Below, one piece after another: positions 38,020 to 47,433 of a stretch of 64,000 nt of DNA. The stretch is from IMG/VR virus record IMGVR_UViG_3300024259_001623; one strand, 5' to 3'. Within the stretch, counting starts at the first letter, position 1, and the number at the start of each line of letters is the position of its first letter. The position numbers and the translations under genes are program-made. The notes under the pieces were generated by a model. It was not told the origin of the DNA and ran no database searches. It saw nothing but the letters and a program-made list of their open reading frames with translations. This DNA is from a virus (Duplodnaviria > Caudoviricetes).

Positions 38020-40113
38020 TCAACTTATCACAAAAATAGGCTCAAATTTATTTCCGCCACCAAATTTAGGATATTTAATTCTGTCCTCACCTAAAAGCAT
38101 ATTTTTCGATTCTAAATATTCTTTTAAATCATCTGCAATAGGATAAGCCCCTGTATTTGCTACATTAATAGCAACTTTCTTGCTTACTCTACTAGACTCA
38201 ACCACACACGGAATTAAGTAATTATCAAACCACTCTCCATATGAACCATATTTCTGTGAACTCTGCTTACTATCAGTATCATATAATTCTGCATCAAAAT
38301 AAGGTGGAGATGTAAAACAAAAATCAAAAGTATTATCTACAAACATCTTCATACCCAAGAGGCTGTCCTGGTTGTTTATATTAATACTTGTCTTAATATT
38401 TTTATATACATATAATGAATGACGTAAATTATGTAAACCAGAAAAAGAATCTAAATTTATTTCGATACCATGATACGATTTTACTTTTTCAGAAGCAGAC
38501 GCTCCAAATAATCTACCACCATAACCAGCACAAAAATCTAATACATTACTTCCCTCATCACAATATTTATCGTATATAGATTTAGCTATACAGGGCATAA
38601 ACCCGCTAACACATTTATTTCCACGATATCTTCTTAATTTTCTTAATAAAACTCTGCCAATAGGAATCCTGTCATTTAAAATAACTTCTCTAACGATTTC
38701 TTTTAAATATATTTCATTATTAAAAATTTCTCTAGGAGAATAAGAACCTTTCGCTTTAGCCGTCCAAAAATTAGGAAAATGATACATAAGAAAAATATTA
38801 CCCAAAGAAGAAAAATCGATACAATCTTCCTTAATTGTTTTTCCCGTGTCAAATTCAAATACTTTTCTCATATCCGTTAAATGATTTTTAGGATCATCTA
38901 ACAGCGATCTAAAACCTTGATGATGAAGTGAAAAAACAATATTATCCACCCATTCATCTTGCTTATCTTTATTCATAGACATAAAATTATCAGAGAGAGG
39001 ACATTCTTTTATATCATGAATAGAAAGATTTTTCTTTTGTTTCCAGCTTGTATGGTCATTTTTATTTATTTTGTAATAAAACATAGGCAAAACATAAGAA
39101 GATACTAAATCAACAAATTTTTCTGAATGATATGTTCTTATTTTTACCCTATAATACAAATTACCATTAGATTTTCTGTCTGCAAGAAAAGCATCTATTC
39201 CATATCTTTCTTTAAACCACTGGACTATTAACTCGCAACTTTCTTTAGAAAATGAATCTGTACAAAAAGAAAATTGCGGTTTATGCTCTCTAATATCTGT
39301 AGAACCGTCGTCTTGATACCAAACAGCTAATCCTAATGGAGTTATATTATCAAGTATTTTTCTAGTTGGCTCTCTTTTATCATCTTTATAAAATTCAGAA
39401 AGTATATTTTCTACATCAGTATTAGCATGGGTATAAAAACTACAAGTAGTATTAAAGCCATTATGTCTAGGGTCAAAACTCAAAGATTCTTTTAGAGATT
39501 TTTCCGAAACAACACTTTTAAATTCATTAAATTTCCACAAAAGATATTTTTTCTGTTTGGAACTATGAGAAAAACCTACGGACGCAGTATTATAACTTTT
39601 ATTAACATATTGTCTTTTTGCATCTCCCATTAGAGATCCATATAATATCTCTTTTTGTCTTTGAGTCAAAGGAACTTCAGTATTTTTTCTATTTTGGTAC
39701 TTAAATCCTGTAGCCTTAAAATTATAAAGTTGTCTTAAAAATGTTATATCACTTTTGGATATATTATACCTATCAGCTATATCATTTAATGGTAACCCAG
39801 ATCTATAATCATTATAAAATGTATCTTTGTCTAAAATAATTTTCCCTTGCAAAAAATTACTAAAAAACTGCACTAAATGCTTAGATACTCCACTTCTGGA
39901 TATGTCTTTAAAACTCTTGCCAGAGTCTACCAACTCTCTTAATTCTCTAAAAGTAATAAAATTAAGTTTTCTGTTTCTAGAACTCTTTTGTAATTGAACA
40001 TCTAAATATGGTTCAACTAAATCCCAATCTAATTTGCTTTTCATCTTATTAAGTTTAGCAAGCTTCATTTGCTCTATAGCTTCTTTACTTAAATTTTGTC
40101 CTTTCTTAGGCAT
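38020..40113 (-). CDS. LAGLIDADG-type endonuclease fused to an amino-DNA methyltransferase
   Basis: QKEILYGSLMGDA and LAVWYQDDG; C-terminal VLDFCAGYGGR (motif I) and FTSPPYF (motif IV). Confidence 0.8.
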   Translation of the reverse strand: MPKKGQNLSKEAIEQMKLAKLNKMKSKLDWDLVEPYLDVQLQKSSRNRKLNFITFRELRELVDSGKSFKDISRSGVSKHLVQFFSNFLQGKIILDKDTFYNDYRSGLPLNDIADRYNISKSDITFLRQLYNFKATGFKYQNRKNTEVPLTQRQKEILYGSLMGDAKRQYVNKSYNTASVGFSHSSKQKKYLLWKFNEFKSVVSEKSLKESLSFDPRHNGFNTTCSFYTHANTDVENILSEFYKDDKREPTRKILDNITPLGLAVWYQDDGSTDIREHKPQFSFCTDSFSKESCELIVQWFKERYGIDAFLADRKSNGNLYYRVKIRTYHSEKFVDLVSSYVLPMFYYKINKNDHTSWKQKKNLSIHDIKECPLSDNFMSMNKDKQDEWVDNIVFSLHHQGFRSLLDDPKNHLTDMRKVFEFDTGKTIKEDCIDFSSLGNIFLMYHFPNFWTAKAKGSYSPREIFNNEIYLKEIVREVILNDRIPIGRVLLRKLRRYRGNKCVSGFMPCIAKSIYDKYCDEGSNVLDFCAGYGGRLFGASASEKVKSYHGIEINLDSFSGLHNLRHSLYVYKNIKTSININNQDSLLGMKMFVDNTFDFCFTSPPYFDAELYDTDSKQSSQKYGSYGEWFDNYLIPCVVESSRVSKKVAINVANTGAYPIADDLKEYLESKNMLLGEDRIKYPKFGGGNKFEPIFVIS

Positions 40114-40131
40114 TATAAGTCTCCTTTATTA

Positions 40132-40164
40132 GTGTTACCAGAATATAATACCTATCGGTAACAC
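40132..40164 (-). promoter_or_regulatory. Hairpin next to the RBS of the endonuclease-MTase gene
   Basis: GTGTTACC/GGTAACAC 8-bp stem with a 17-nt loop, ending 6 nt before AAGGAG. Confidence 0.5.
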
Positions 40165-40224
40165 AATGTAGAAAACTTTAATACATAAAAATAGGTGCGT
40201 CGTAAGTCTATATAAAATAAAGAT

Positions 40225-41529
40225 TTACGTCCCACTTGAAAATAAATAACGAAACCAACGAGACCTTCCACCTGGAAGCGTAAATTCTGGAACTACGATT
40301 GCTCTTGTTAATCCAACGTAAGGACCATACTTTTTCTGTTCATATATATCTTTAACTTCTTCTTCATAGTTCTTTTTCAGTGTTTCCATATTATCGAAGG
40401 CTTTATTTGCTCCTTCTGGACCGCCAAAGACTTGTTGTGGTTCTTGGAATTGCAGGCAGAGCATTAATCTTCTCAGAGCATCGACTGCTGCTTGTTTAAT
40501 AACCACAGGAATGTATCTATCAGGAACTGAATTAACAGTATATCCACTATGAGGAGGATAACTATTCAGTGTTCTGATAGCATTTATAATAAATTCATAT
40601 AGTTCATCATCTGAGAACCATCTGAAATTATAATCTACGTTAACGACATCAAAATCTGTTAATGGAGAACTAAAGACTACTTCGCCTTTGAAATAATCTA
40701 CATTGACGCCGGATGTAACGATTTTATCTTGATTTCTATAGACTTTAATACCTGCTGTTTGGTTCCATCTTGGGAATGTAAATCTATAGGTTTTATGGTC
40801 AACAGTTTGTTTTGATTGCTCGAAATATACGGGAACTGATTGTGCGCATAAAATATATTTTTCCAGAGCTATAATCAATTCTCTTGCTCTTCCTGTATAT
40901 ACTTCATTTTCATCGCCTGTAGTCGGATCTTTTTCTGACACAACAAGATCTTGAATTTCTGATCTTACGACTCCATCTACAGTATATTCCCAAATAGCCT
41001 GATAGTCACCAGTAGTCCTAGTTTCCTCTATATCCCAATCAAATATATAAAACCCTATATCGGCCTTCACAGGAACTCCGAGCGTCACAAGGGTTCCTGC
41101 GTTGTTATTAATAGTTGTTGTAATAGATGTAGCATCTTGAGGATTGCCATCAAAATCTGTAATCTTTAGTAATAGTACAGCGGTTGTATTTTGCTTGAAG
41201 GAACCTTTAAAGTCTGTTGATGCTGTAACTGTGCCTGCATTGGGTACAAATGGTCCTACTTTATCTACTTTATAGACTGGAGTATCTTCAGCTTCGGGGA
41301 TAACTTCCCATGATACCAGATATGTTAGTGTATCATCTGCATCGAAGGTATATTCATAAACTCCTGTAGCTGGGTTACTTGTAGCTGTTCCATCTGCAAC
41401 AACGACGGTATCGGAGTCTAGTTCTTTAATTCCGTAATCTGCCTCATCTGATGATAATTTGACAGAATTTGCATTAACAGACAGTCCATTTTTCTTATAT
41501 AGAAAAGACACAGTGCGATCAGGCATCAC
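40225..41529 (-). CDS. Neck/head-tail connector-like protein with N-terminal Ig-like domains
   Basis: Beta-rich N-terminus (GVYEYTF; GDYQAIWEYTVDG); helical C-terminus (ELYEFIINAIRTLN...VIKQAAVDALRRL). Confidence 0.5.
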   Translation of the reverse strand: MMPDRTVSFLYKKNGLSVNANSVKLSSDEADYGIKELDSDTVVVADGTATSNPATGVYEYTFDADDTLTYLVSWEVIPEAEDTPVYKVDKVGPFVPNAGTVTASTDFKGSFKQNTTAVLLLKITDFDGNPQDATSITTTINNNAGTLVTLGVPVKADIGFYIFDWDIEETRTTGDYQAIWEYTVDGVVRSEIQDLVVSEKDPTTGDENEVYTGRARELIIALEKYILCAQSVPVYFEQSKQTVDHKTYRFTFPRWNQTAGIKVYRNQDKIVTSGVNVDYFKGEVVFSSPLTDFDVVNVDYNFRWFSDDELYEFIINAIRTLNSYPPHSGYTVNSVPDRYIPVVIKQAAVDALRRLMLCLQFQEPQQVFGGPEGANKAFDNMETLKKNYEEEVKDIYEQKKYGPYVGLTRAIVVPEFTLPGGRSRWFRYLFSSGT

Positions 41530-41585
41530 ATTCTCCCATTATAATTTAATATACTTTATATTTGGGAAATATTATTAAAATCCCT

Positions 41586-42383
41586 TTAAGAAAAGAAAAC
41601 ATTAATTTCCTTAATAATAGCCTCTCTGGTGGGCCTTTTTCTTTTCTTTTTTATATTATTAATCATAATTGCTACGACGCTGGTTGCGATTCCTAATGAG
41701 GCTTGTCTGCCTGTCATTTTAGCGTATTGTCCTTCTCCGTATGTAGTATAGAACTTAAAGCTTCTTGGCGGTTTTATATTAATAATATTATTTTCCGCGC
41801 TAATATTCCATTTTTTATTTGTTCCGGTTTTATAATTAACGCCTATAACATTATTATACCCGAACGGGTATATATTTACATTTTTGTCATCGAATGGAGT
41901 TAATATAATTGTTTGTTGTTTAACTGCCTTATTGATAGCATCTTTTAGTGAGTGGTCATCTATATTAGTTGCTAGTGGAAGTACAACGACATTAGACTTT
42001 TTGATAATAGCCCATAACAGTCCTGCTACGATACTGGGAGTATTAGTTTTCCCATTCTTATTAAAAATCTTCGCTGCTGTCAATTCAGCATTTGTTGATA
42101 ATCCTGTAATACCTTTTGGATTATCTGATGTTATAAAGCCTGATAGTGTTGTAGCGTTTCCATGTTCATCTAGGATATTTTTATCGGCGCTAAAATTTTC
42201 CATATCTTTAATATTCATCACATCGCAATGAGAAGGGACGCCTGTGCTTAGAAGACATATTTTAACCTTTCCGCCTTTATTTTGGAACTCAAAATCTTTC
42301 ATAATTTTGAAATAATTTTGACTGTCCGGCAGTTTGTTTTCTATGCTATTTGGGCCTACTCGTTTTATAAAAAAATCACTCAT
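41586..42383 (-). CDS. Subtilisin-like (S8) protein, predicted catalytically dead
   Basis: ICLLSTGV (D to S), DEHGNATTLSG (H to N), YAKMTGRQAS (S to Q). Confidence 0.75.
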   Translation of the reverse strand: MSDFFIKRVGPNSIENKLPDSQNYFKIMKDFEFQNKGGKVKICLLSTGVPSHCDVMNIKDMENFSADKNILDEHGNATTLSGFITSDNPKGITGLSTNAELTAAKIFNKNGKTNTPSIVAGLLWAIIKKSNVVVLPLATNIDDHSLKDAINKAVKQQTIILTPFDDKNVNIYPFGYNNVIGVNYKTGTNKKWNISAENNIINIKPPRSFKFYTTYGEGQYAKMTGRQASLGIATSVVAIMINNIKKKRKRPTREAIIKEINVFFS

Positions 42384-42395
42384 AAATACCTTTCT

Positions 42396-43121
42396 TTATT
42401 GTAAAAAATGTTTAGGAACGTCAAATACTTTACCAGAGCCAAACAACTCTATTTTAAAGTTATAATTTATAGTCTTTAAGAAATACACTTCTTTTCTCAA
42501 AAACAGTGCTATATTAAGAGTAAGAAAATCATCTGTTATAATTCTTTTGCATCTATTTATTTCATCCATTTTTTTATGGATATGTTGTTTTTGTGGGATA
42601 TACCACAACCTAGATTCTTTTAATTTAAGTTCTGTATACAAATATTCTTTTAAATTATAATTAGATAACAGGATACCAGTCCTATTTTTAACTGATTTAT
42701 TTCTAGGTTTATAATTTACATCTGCCCCTTCCCCCCTCCAGGACATACCTGCCAACTGATTATATATCTGAAACATATTCTTATTAGTTTTTTTATTACC
42801 ATAAAGAATATTCTTGTATTTATCTTTTGGATCTGTATAATTTATACCTACACATTTATCTACATTTAATAGGGAATCATTTATTGATGGGGATAAATTT
42901 ATTAATAAATCATAATGATTTAACAATAGATTTTCTTCATCTTGTCGATGTTTTAAAGTAAATACTTTCTTAACATATTTAGAATATTCAAAAACATCTG
43001 CTGTTGAGTCAAATACAGTAGCAACGTACACATCCCCCTGCTTTGACAACTTCTTCAAAAGACAAGTTGCTACAAAGCATTCGCTCATATGTCCTAAACT
43101 GGCTAAAAGAATATTCATCAT
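42396..43121 (-). CDS. Family 9 (heptosyltransferase-like) GT-B protein, degenerate
   Basis: ILLASLGHMSECFVATCLLKKL; YDLLINL; INRCKRIITDDFLTLNIALFLRKEVY. Confidence 0.55.
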   Translation of the reverse strand: MMNILLASLGHMSECFVATCLLKKLSKQGDVYVATVFDSTADVFEYSKYVKKVFTLKHRQDEENLLLNHYDLLINLSPSINDSLLNVDKCVGINYTDPKDKYKNILYGNKKTNKNMFQIYNQLAGMSWRGEGADVNYKPRNKSVKNRTGILLSNYNLKEYLYTELKLKESRLWYIPQKQHIHKKMDEINRCKRIITDDFLTLNIALFLRKEVYFLKTINYNFKIELFGSGKVFDVPKHFLQ

Positions 43122-43132
43122 ATTACCTTATA

Positions 43133-43801
43133 CTAAAAATCGTTCGGGAGCAGTCCTCTCTCGTTGCTAGAACTACTATCCAATCTTCTGGTTCCGGAAC
43201 CTTTTAATTCATTTGTCATATCAATAACAATAGCATCGTCTGCTGCTATATCTCCGTCAGCATAGGCTGCTGCGGAGCCTGGTTCTGAACCAGAGACTAA
43301 CATGCTGTTCATTGCAGCGTCTTCTCTCTCTCTATTTTCAGAATCCAATATAGATTGTTCTTCATGCACTTCGTTTAACGTTAATATTTCTATTTTCCCT
43401 GAGTCCAACAACTGATTAAATATTCTATTATTTTTCATATTTTTTTCGCCATGAGTTTTAATCAAATCAGATAAAGATTTAAAATCATTTAAGCCTTTTA
43501 ATTCTAAATCTAAATCACTCAAAACAATATTGCTTCTTGAAGAAGATCTGACAAACAATGCTTCTTCGCTATCCCAGATATCATCTTTATTGATGATATT
43601 TTTCTTTTTACCATACGATTCTTCAACAAGATTTACAATATCATCTATATCGGTTTTTATAGCATCAGTTATATATAAAACCTCGTTGCCTATAGCTTTA
43701 AACTTATTGAGTTTTTGTATATTTCTGAATGGAATAGAAGTTTCTCCGGTTCTGCTATATACTTTTACTGTTTTACTTTTTATATCCAAAAAAACTATCA
43801 T
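43133..43801 (-). CDS. Hypothetical protein carrying the shared ~55-aa module internally
   Basis: VRSSSRSNIVLSDLDL...FNQLLDSGKIEIL at aa ~82-141. Confidence 0.6.
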   Translation of the reverse strand: MIVFLDIKSKTVKVYSRTGETSIPFRNIQKLNKFKAIGNEVLYITDAIKTDIDDIVNLVEESYGKKKNIINKDDIWDSEEALFVRSSSRSNIVLSDLDLELKGLNDFKSLSDLIKTHGEKNMKNNRIFNQLLDSGKIEILTLNEVHEEQSILDSENREREDAAMNSMLVSGSEPGSAAAYADGDIAADDAIVIDMTNELKGSGTRRLDSSSSNERGLLPNDF

Positions 43802-45192
43802 AATTTACTCCATATAGAATCCAATCTATCTTTAGCCATCTGTGCTACAGTTGGTATATTGTATTTTGTTTTTACTAATTTCTGCAATTTTTTATTTTTC
43901 TTTTGTGCTTCAGAATAATTTTCATATACATATCTCATTTGTTTTCTGGCATCTCGTATAACTTTCTTCGACTGTAGTTCTGGGAACATTTGACCATCCC
44001 AATAATGAACATGCATAGACCCTGGCTGCATTTCAGAAATATTATCTACATCAACCAGATATGAATTACTTTTCTTTAAGAACATGGTCTGTGCGCTGCA
44101 ATTAGAACCTATTACTGGCAGACCGCATAAAGACGACTCACAATATGGAAGACCAAATCCTTCTCCGCGCGAAAATAGAACAAAAGCATCTGCTGCTCTA
44201 TAAATATTAGGCATTCTGTTTTCTGGTATTATACTACTACATCTTGCAATATGAGCAGCTTCGGATTTACCATTGTTATCTATATATCTTTTAATAACAT
44301 CTTTAATAACATCTTTTCCGTGAGCATTACAATTGAATCTACTGACAATCAACAATGAAACAGGATCATCTGACGAAAATTCTTCTAAATACGATTTCAA
44401 TAACACATCATAACCTTTTCTATAACTCCATCCAAATACGCTTATGAAAACAAAGTCTTTTAAGCTAGGATTAAATTCATATGGATCGCTATTTTCATTA
44501 TACAAATTAGTATCTATAGAATCTGGTATAACATAGATAGGTCTACTTACATTATGTTTCTCTAAAATTTCTTTACAGAAATCAGATGTAACCCATATTT
44601 CATTATAACTATTAGATATATCAACAAATTGTTGAGGTATAGAATAGGCTTCGACCGTGGTATATAAAATTCTATATCTAGATGCAGACATACTACTAAA
44701 TGTAGGTATCATACTATCTATAGAAATCGCCTTTCTGCTTACTGTTTTATTGATATGAGACAATCTTTTTATTTCTGCTTCATTTAGGTTATTCGAGTAT
44801 TTATTTGATGCATCTATATTGACTCTCACTCCTAATTTATGTAGACCTTCCGCTATATTTCTATTTACTTTGGCATATCCGCCAGCTTCATAGAAATGGC
44901 CTCTTATTTTTACTTCTAGATCTTTACAGCTTTCCATTTCGATTTTCTCATCCTCTTCTTGTTTTATTATTTTTTCTTTTGATTCTTTTTGTGATTTTAA
45001 TAAGCTTCTTTCTAAAGCAGTTTTACCGCACTTTGTTATTTCAATTTGACCCATACTAACCAATAATCTAAAAGAATTAGATTTCTTGACATTATCCAAC
45101 GAGATATGTTGTACCTCATCTCCTAAGAACGGGATATTCTTATCTATATCGCTTAAAAATATAGTGTTATTTGATCTATTTACAAAGTCCAT
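43798..45192 (-). CDS. GT4 glycosyltransferase with the shared N-terminal module
   Basis: VFGWSYRKGYDVLLKSY; ADAFVLFSRGEGFGLPYCESSLCGLPVI with intact E-x7-E. Confidence 0.9.
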   Translation of the reverse strand: MDFVNRSNNTIFLSDIDKNIPFLGDEVQHISLDNVKKSNSFRLLVSMGQIEITKCGKTALERSLLKSQKESKEKIIKQEEDEKIEMESCKDLEVKIRGHFYEAGGYAKVNRNIAEGLHKLGVRVNIDASNKYSNNLNEAEIKRLSHINKTVSRKAISIDSMIPTFSSMSASRYRILYTTVEAYSIPQQFVDISNSYNEIWVTSDFCKEILEKHNVSRPIYVIPDSIDTNLYNENSDPYEFNPSLKDFVFISVFGWSYRKGYDVLLKSYLEEFSSDDPVSLLIVSRFNCNAHGKDVIKDVIKRYIDNNGKSEAAHIARCSSIIPENRMPNIYRAADAFVLFSRGEGFGLPYCESSLCGLPVIGSNCSAQTMFLKKSNSYLVDVDNISEMQPGSMHVHYWDGQMFPELQSKKVIRDARKQMRYVYENYSEAQKKNKKLQKLVKTKYNIPTVAQMAKDRLDSIWSKL

Positions 45193-45199
45193 ATTTTTT

Positions 45200-45207
45200 A
45201 TATCGTC
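45200..45207 (-). promoter_or_regulatory. Candidate promoter core GACGATAT
   Basis: Between a terminator and the GT4 operon. Confidence 0.35.
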
Positions 45208-45223
45208 AATATCTAATCTTAAT

Positions 45224-45246
45224 AAAAAACCTGGCAGTAGCCAGGC
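45224..45246 (-). terminator. Intrinsic terminator after the PEP-CTERM gene
   Basis: CCTGGC-TACT-GCCAGG followed by TTTTTT. Confidence 0.7.
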
Positions 45247-45283
45247 TTTATATTAAATCATCTTTTAATTTATAAGTTTATTT

Positions 45284-45991
45284 TTATCTTTTTCTTTTTG
45301 CTAATATAGCTGTAGATCCTATCAAAAAAAACAACGCTGTAGTCGGTTCTGGAGTATAAGTATAAGCATCAACGCCAGGTTCTCTCCACCATGACAATAA
45401 TATACTCAAATCTGCATCATCAACAATTCCTACAAAATCATCATTAATAGGATCTTCATGAGTTCCCAACCATACATTTCCTTTTTGATATGTCCGATAT
45501 TCACCCCAATTAGATAACAAAATGCTTAAATCATCATCTTCTACAAATCCATCATGATTCAAATCACCTGGATAAACATCAACCCAAATAAAAACCCATG
45601 AATTATACGATTGACCATCTTCACCAACAAGATTGATCCAATGCTGATCTGCTCCCCAAGAGTCAATCTCTGGTGTAAAAGTATAATAATCCGGCCCCAC
45701 ATCTTGATAAAAATGTACATCTATATCGCCTTTGATAATTCTAGTAGCTCCTATCATAGAGATATTCTTCATACCAATGTCATTTTCTAATGGATAGATA
45801 TTAATACTATTTCCTAATAATACATAATAATCATCTATAGCCCCATCTGCTGGCAATGGATAAAATGGATATACAGTCGCAGGATTAGGATTAAATTCAA
45901 ATTCGTATGCAAAAGAAGGTTGAGTAAAAAATAAAATACAAAATATAATAATAACTAAAATATGCTTCAAATATCTACTTGCAAGTCCCAT
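45284..45991 (-). CDS. Secreted PEP-CTERM protein with cadherin/Ig-like and dockerin-like domains
   Basis: Signal peptide (...FFTQPSFA); DDYYVLLGNSINIYPLEND; PGDLNHDGFVEDDDLSILLSNWG and VDDADLSILLSWW; C-terminal TPEPTTALFFLIGSTAILAKRKR; GGAGG RBS. Confidence 0.8.
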   Translation of the reverse strand: MGLASRYLKHILVIIIFCILFFTQPSFAYEFEFNPNPATVYPFYPLPADGAIDDYYVLLGNSINIYPLENDIGMKNISMIGATRIIKGDIDVHFYQDVGPDYYTFTPEIDSWGADQHWINLVGEDGQSYNSWVFIWVDVYPGDLNHDGFVEDDDLSILLSNWGEYRTYQKGNVWLGTHEDPINDDFVGIVDDADLSILLSWWREPGVDAYTYTPEPTTALFFLIGSTAILAKRKR

Positions 45992-46047
45992 AGTACTTGT
46001 CCTCCATGATCCCCCAATAAGTTTCTTCAATCCATTCTTACTTTAGC

Positions 46048-46623
46048 TTACTTAATTACATCAAAGTATCTATAGGATTTCTTTTTATTTTTATCTTTGT
46101 TTTGTTTTTTAATATGTTTAACACATCTTTCATATTTTCCCTTGTCTTCTCTACCAGCAGATTCTGTGCATACAGCCCAAGGATTATATGGTTCCGTTTC
46201 TGATTTTGGATATTTACTTTTTGCAATTTTTAAAATATCATAATATCTTTCAGTTGATGCTGCCATTCCCATGCCTTTACCCATCATGCCTTTACCTTTA
46301 CCCATCATACCTTTACCCATCATACCTTTACCCATCATACCTTTACCCATCATACCTTTACCCATCATACCTTTACCCATCATACCTTTACCTTTGTCCA
46401 TATCTTCTTCCATCTTTTCTAAATGATCATAATATCTATCATTTTCTGTTAAATGATCCATAGCTATTTCTAAAGCCAAATCTGGATCATCAGTATGTTC
46501 CATCTCCGTAAGAATTCCCTTCTCTAACTGTTCTTTACAGAAATCCGATGGAACTCTATTATCCGCCAAGCCATCTGGTAATCTATCTTTATGTTTTGCC
46601 GTTTTAATTATTTGCATTCTCAT
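46048..46623 (-). CDS. DUF5661-like protein with GKGMM repeats
   Basis: QLEKGILTEMEHTDDPDLALEIAMDHLTENDRYYDHL; C-terminal NPWAVCT...YERCVKHIKK. Confidence 0.7.
   Translation of the reverse strand: MRMQIIKTAKHKDRLPDGLADNRVPSDFCKEQLEKGILTEMEHTDDPDLALEIAMDHLTENDRYYDHLEKMEEDMDKGKGMMGKGMMGKGMMGKGMMGKGMMGKGMMGKGKGMMGKGMGMAASTERYYDILKIAKSKYPKSETEPYNPWAVCTESAGREDKGKYERCVKHIKKQNKDKNKKKSYRYFDVIK
46274..46390 (-). repeat. 15-bp tandem repeat encoding GKGMM
   Basis: Six perfect cctttacccatcata units at 46295-46384 plus degenerate flanking copies. Confidence 0.95.
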
Positions 46624-47383
46624 CCCTATTTTGATAATATTTTAATCTTGCCTCTCTCATCTTCATTTTTGATTCTTCACTATGTCTCCTGCCTATTCCG
46701 CTTTCCGAAATTTTCTTCCTTGTTTCATCACTAATATTAGCTTTAGCAATTCTCATTTTTTCTTTCGTTTCTTCAGTCAATGTACGCCCTTTTAAGGATC
46801 TACTAATCTTCTCTTTCTGCTCTTTAGTTATAATTCTTCCCTTTCTCGCCTTACTCATATTCGCCGTTGCCTCTTTTGACGCTTTTCTTCCCTTTAAAGC
46901 TTTACTAATTTTATCTTTTTGTTCTTGAGGCATTTGATACCCCATATGAGATTCACTCATTTTCTTTCTAATCTCTTTAGAAGGATTCCATCCCCTTCTA
47001 GACTCAGCCAATTTCTTTTTATGTTCAGTCGTTCGATTCTTAGCCAATATGCTTAATTTATTTCTAGTCTCTTGAGAAACTTCCTTATTTCCTGTTTTTG
47101 GAGAAATGTTATACCCTTTATCTCTTAATAGGGTTTTCCACTCTTTTATATTTTCATTTTCCTTTTTAGCAAGATCTTCTATTGAACATTCTTCTATAAT
47201 ATCAAATTTAAAATTTTCTTCTCCATACTTATTAAAAGCATTTTGTAAATGATTATTTTCATGCTTGCCATGTCTCAATTTATATAAATGACTTCTTCGT
47301 CTTTGAGTCAAATTCCTACTACTACCAATATATTTTTTATTATTTACTTTATTTATGATCATATAAATGCCTATTTTTTTCAT
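46604..47383 (-). CDS. Free-standing GIY-YIG homing endonuclease with NUMOD3-like repeats
   Basis: IGIYMIINKVNNKKYIGSS; repeated (H/L)(S/T)EE(T/S)K.KMS/IS motifs; probable start MKKIG after GGAG. Confidence 0.9.
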   Translation of the reverse strand: MKKIGIYMIINKVNNKKYIGSSRNLTQRRRSHLYKLRHGKHENNHLQNAFNKYGEENFKFDIIEECSIEDLAKKENENIKEWKTLLRDKGYNISPKTGNKEVSQETRNKLSILAKNRTTEHKKKLAESRRGWNPSKEIRKKMSESHMGYQMPQEQKDKISKALKGRKASKEATANMSKARKGRIITKEQKEKISRSLKGRTLTEETKEKMRIAKANISDETRKKISESGIGRRHSEESKMKMREARLKYYQNRDENANN

Positions 47384-47433
47384 GCTAAATTCTCCAGTTT
47401 TTAATACAATAAGCATATTTATATTCTATTTAT

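Noticed and set aside
38020-40113. LAGLIDADG domain as an intein inside the methyltransferase
   Set aside because: No C/S/A start block or HN-C/S/T end flanks it, and both MTase motifs lie C-terminal to it.
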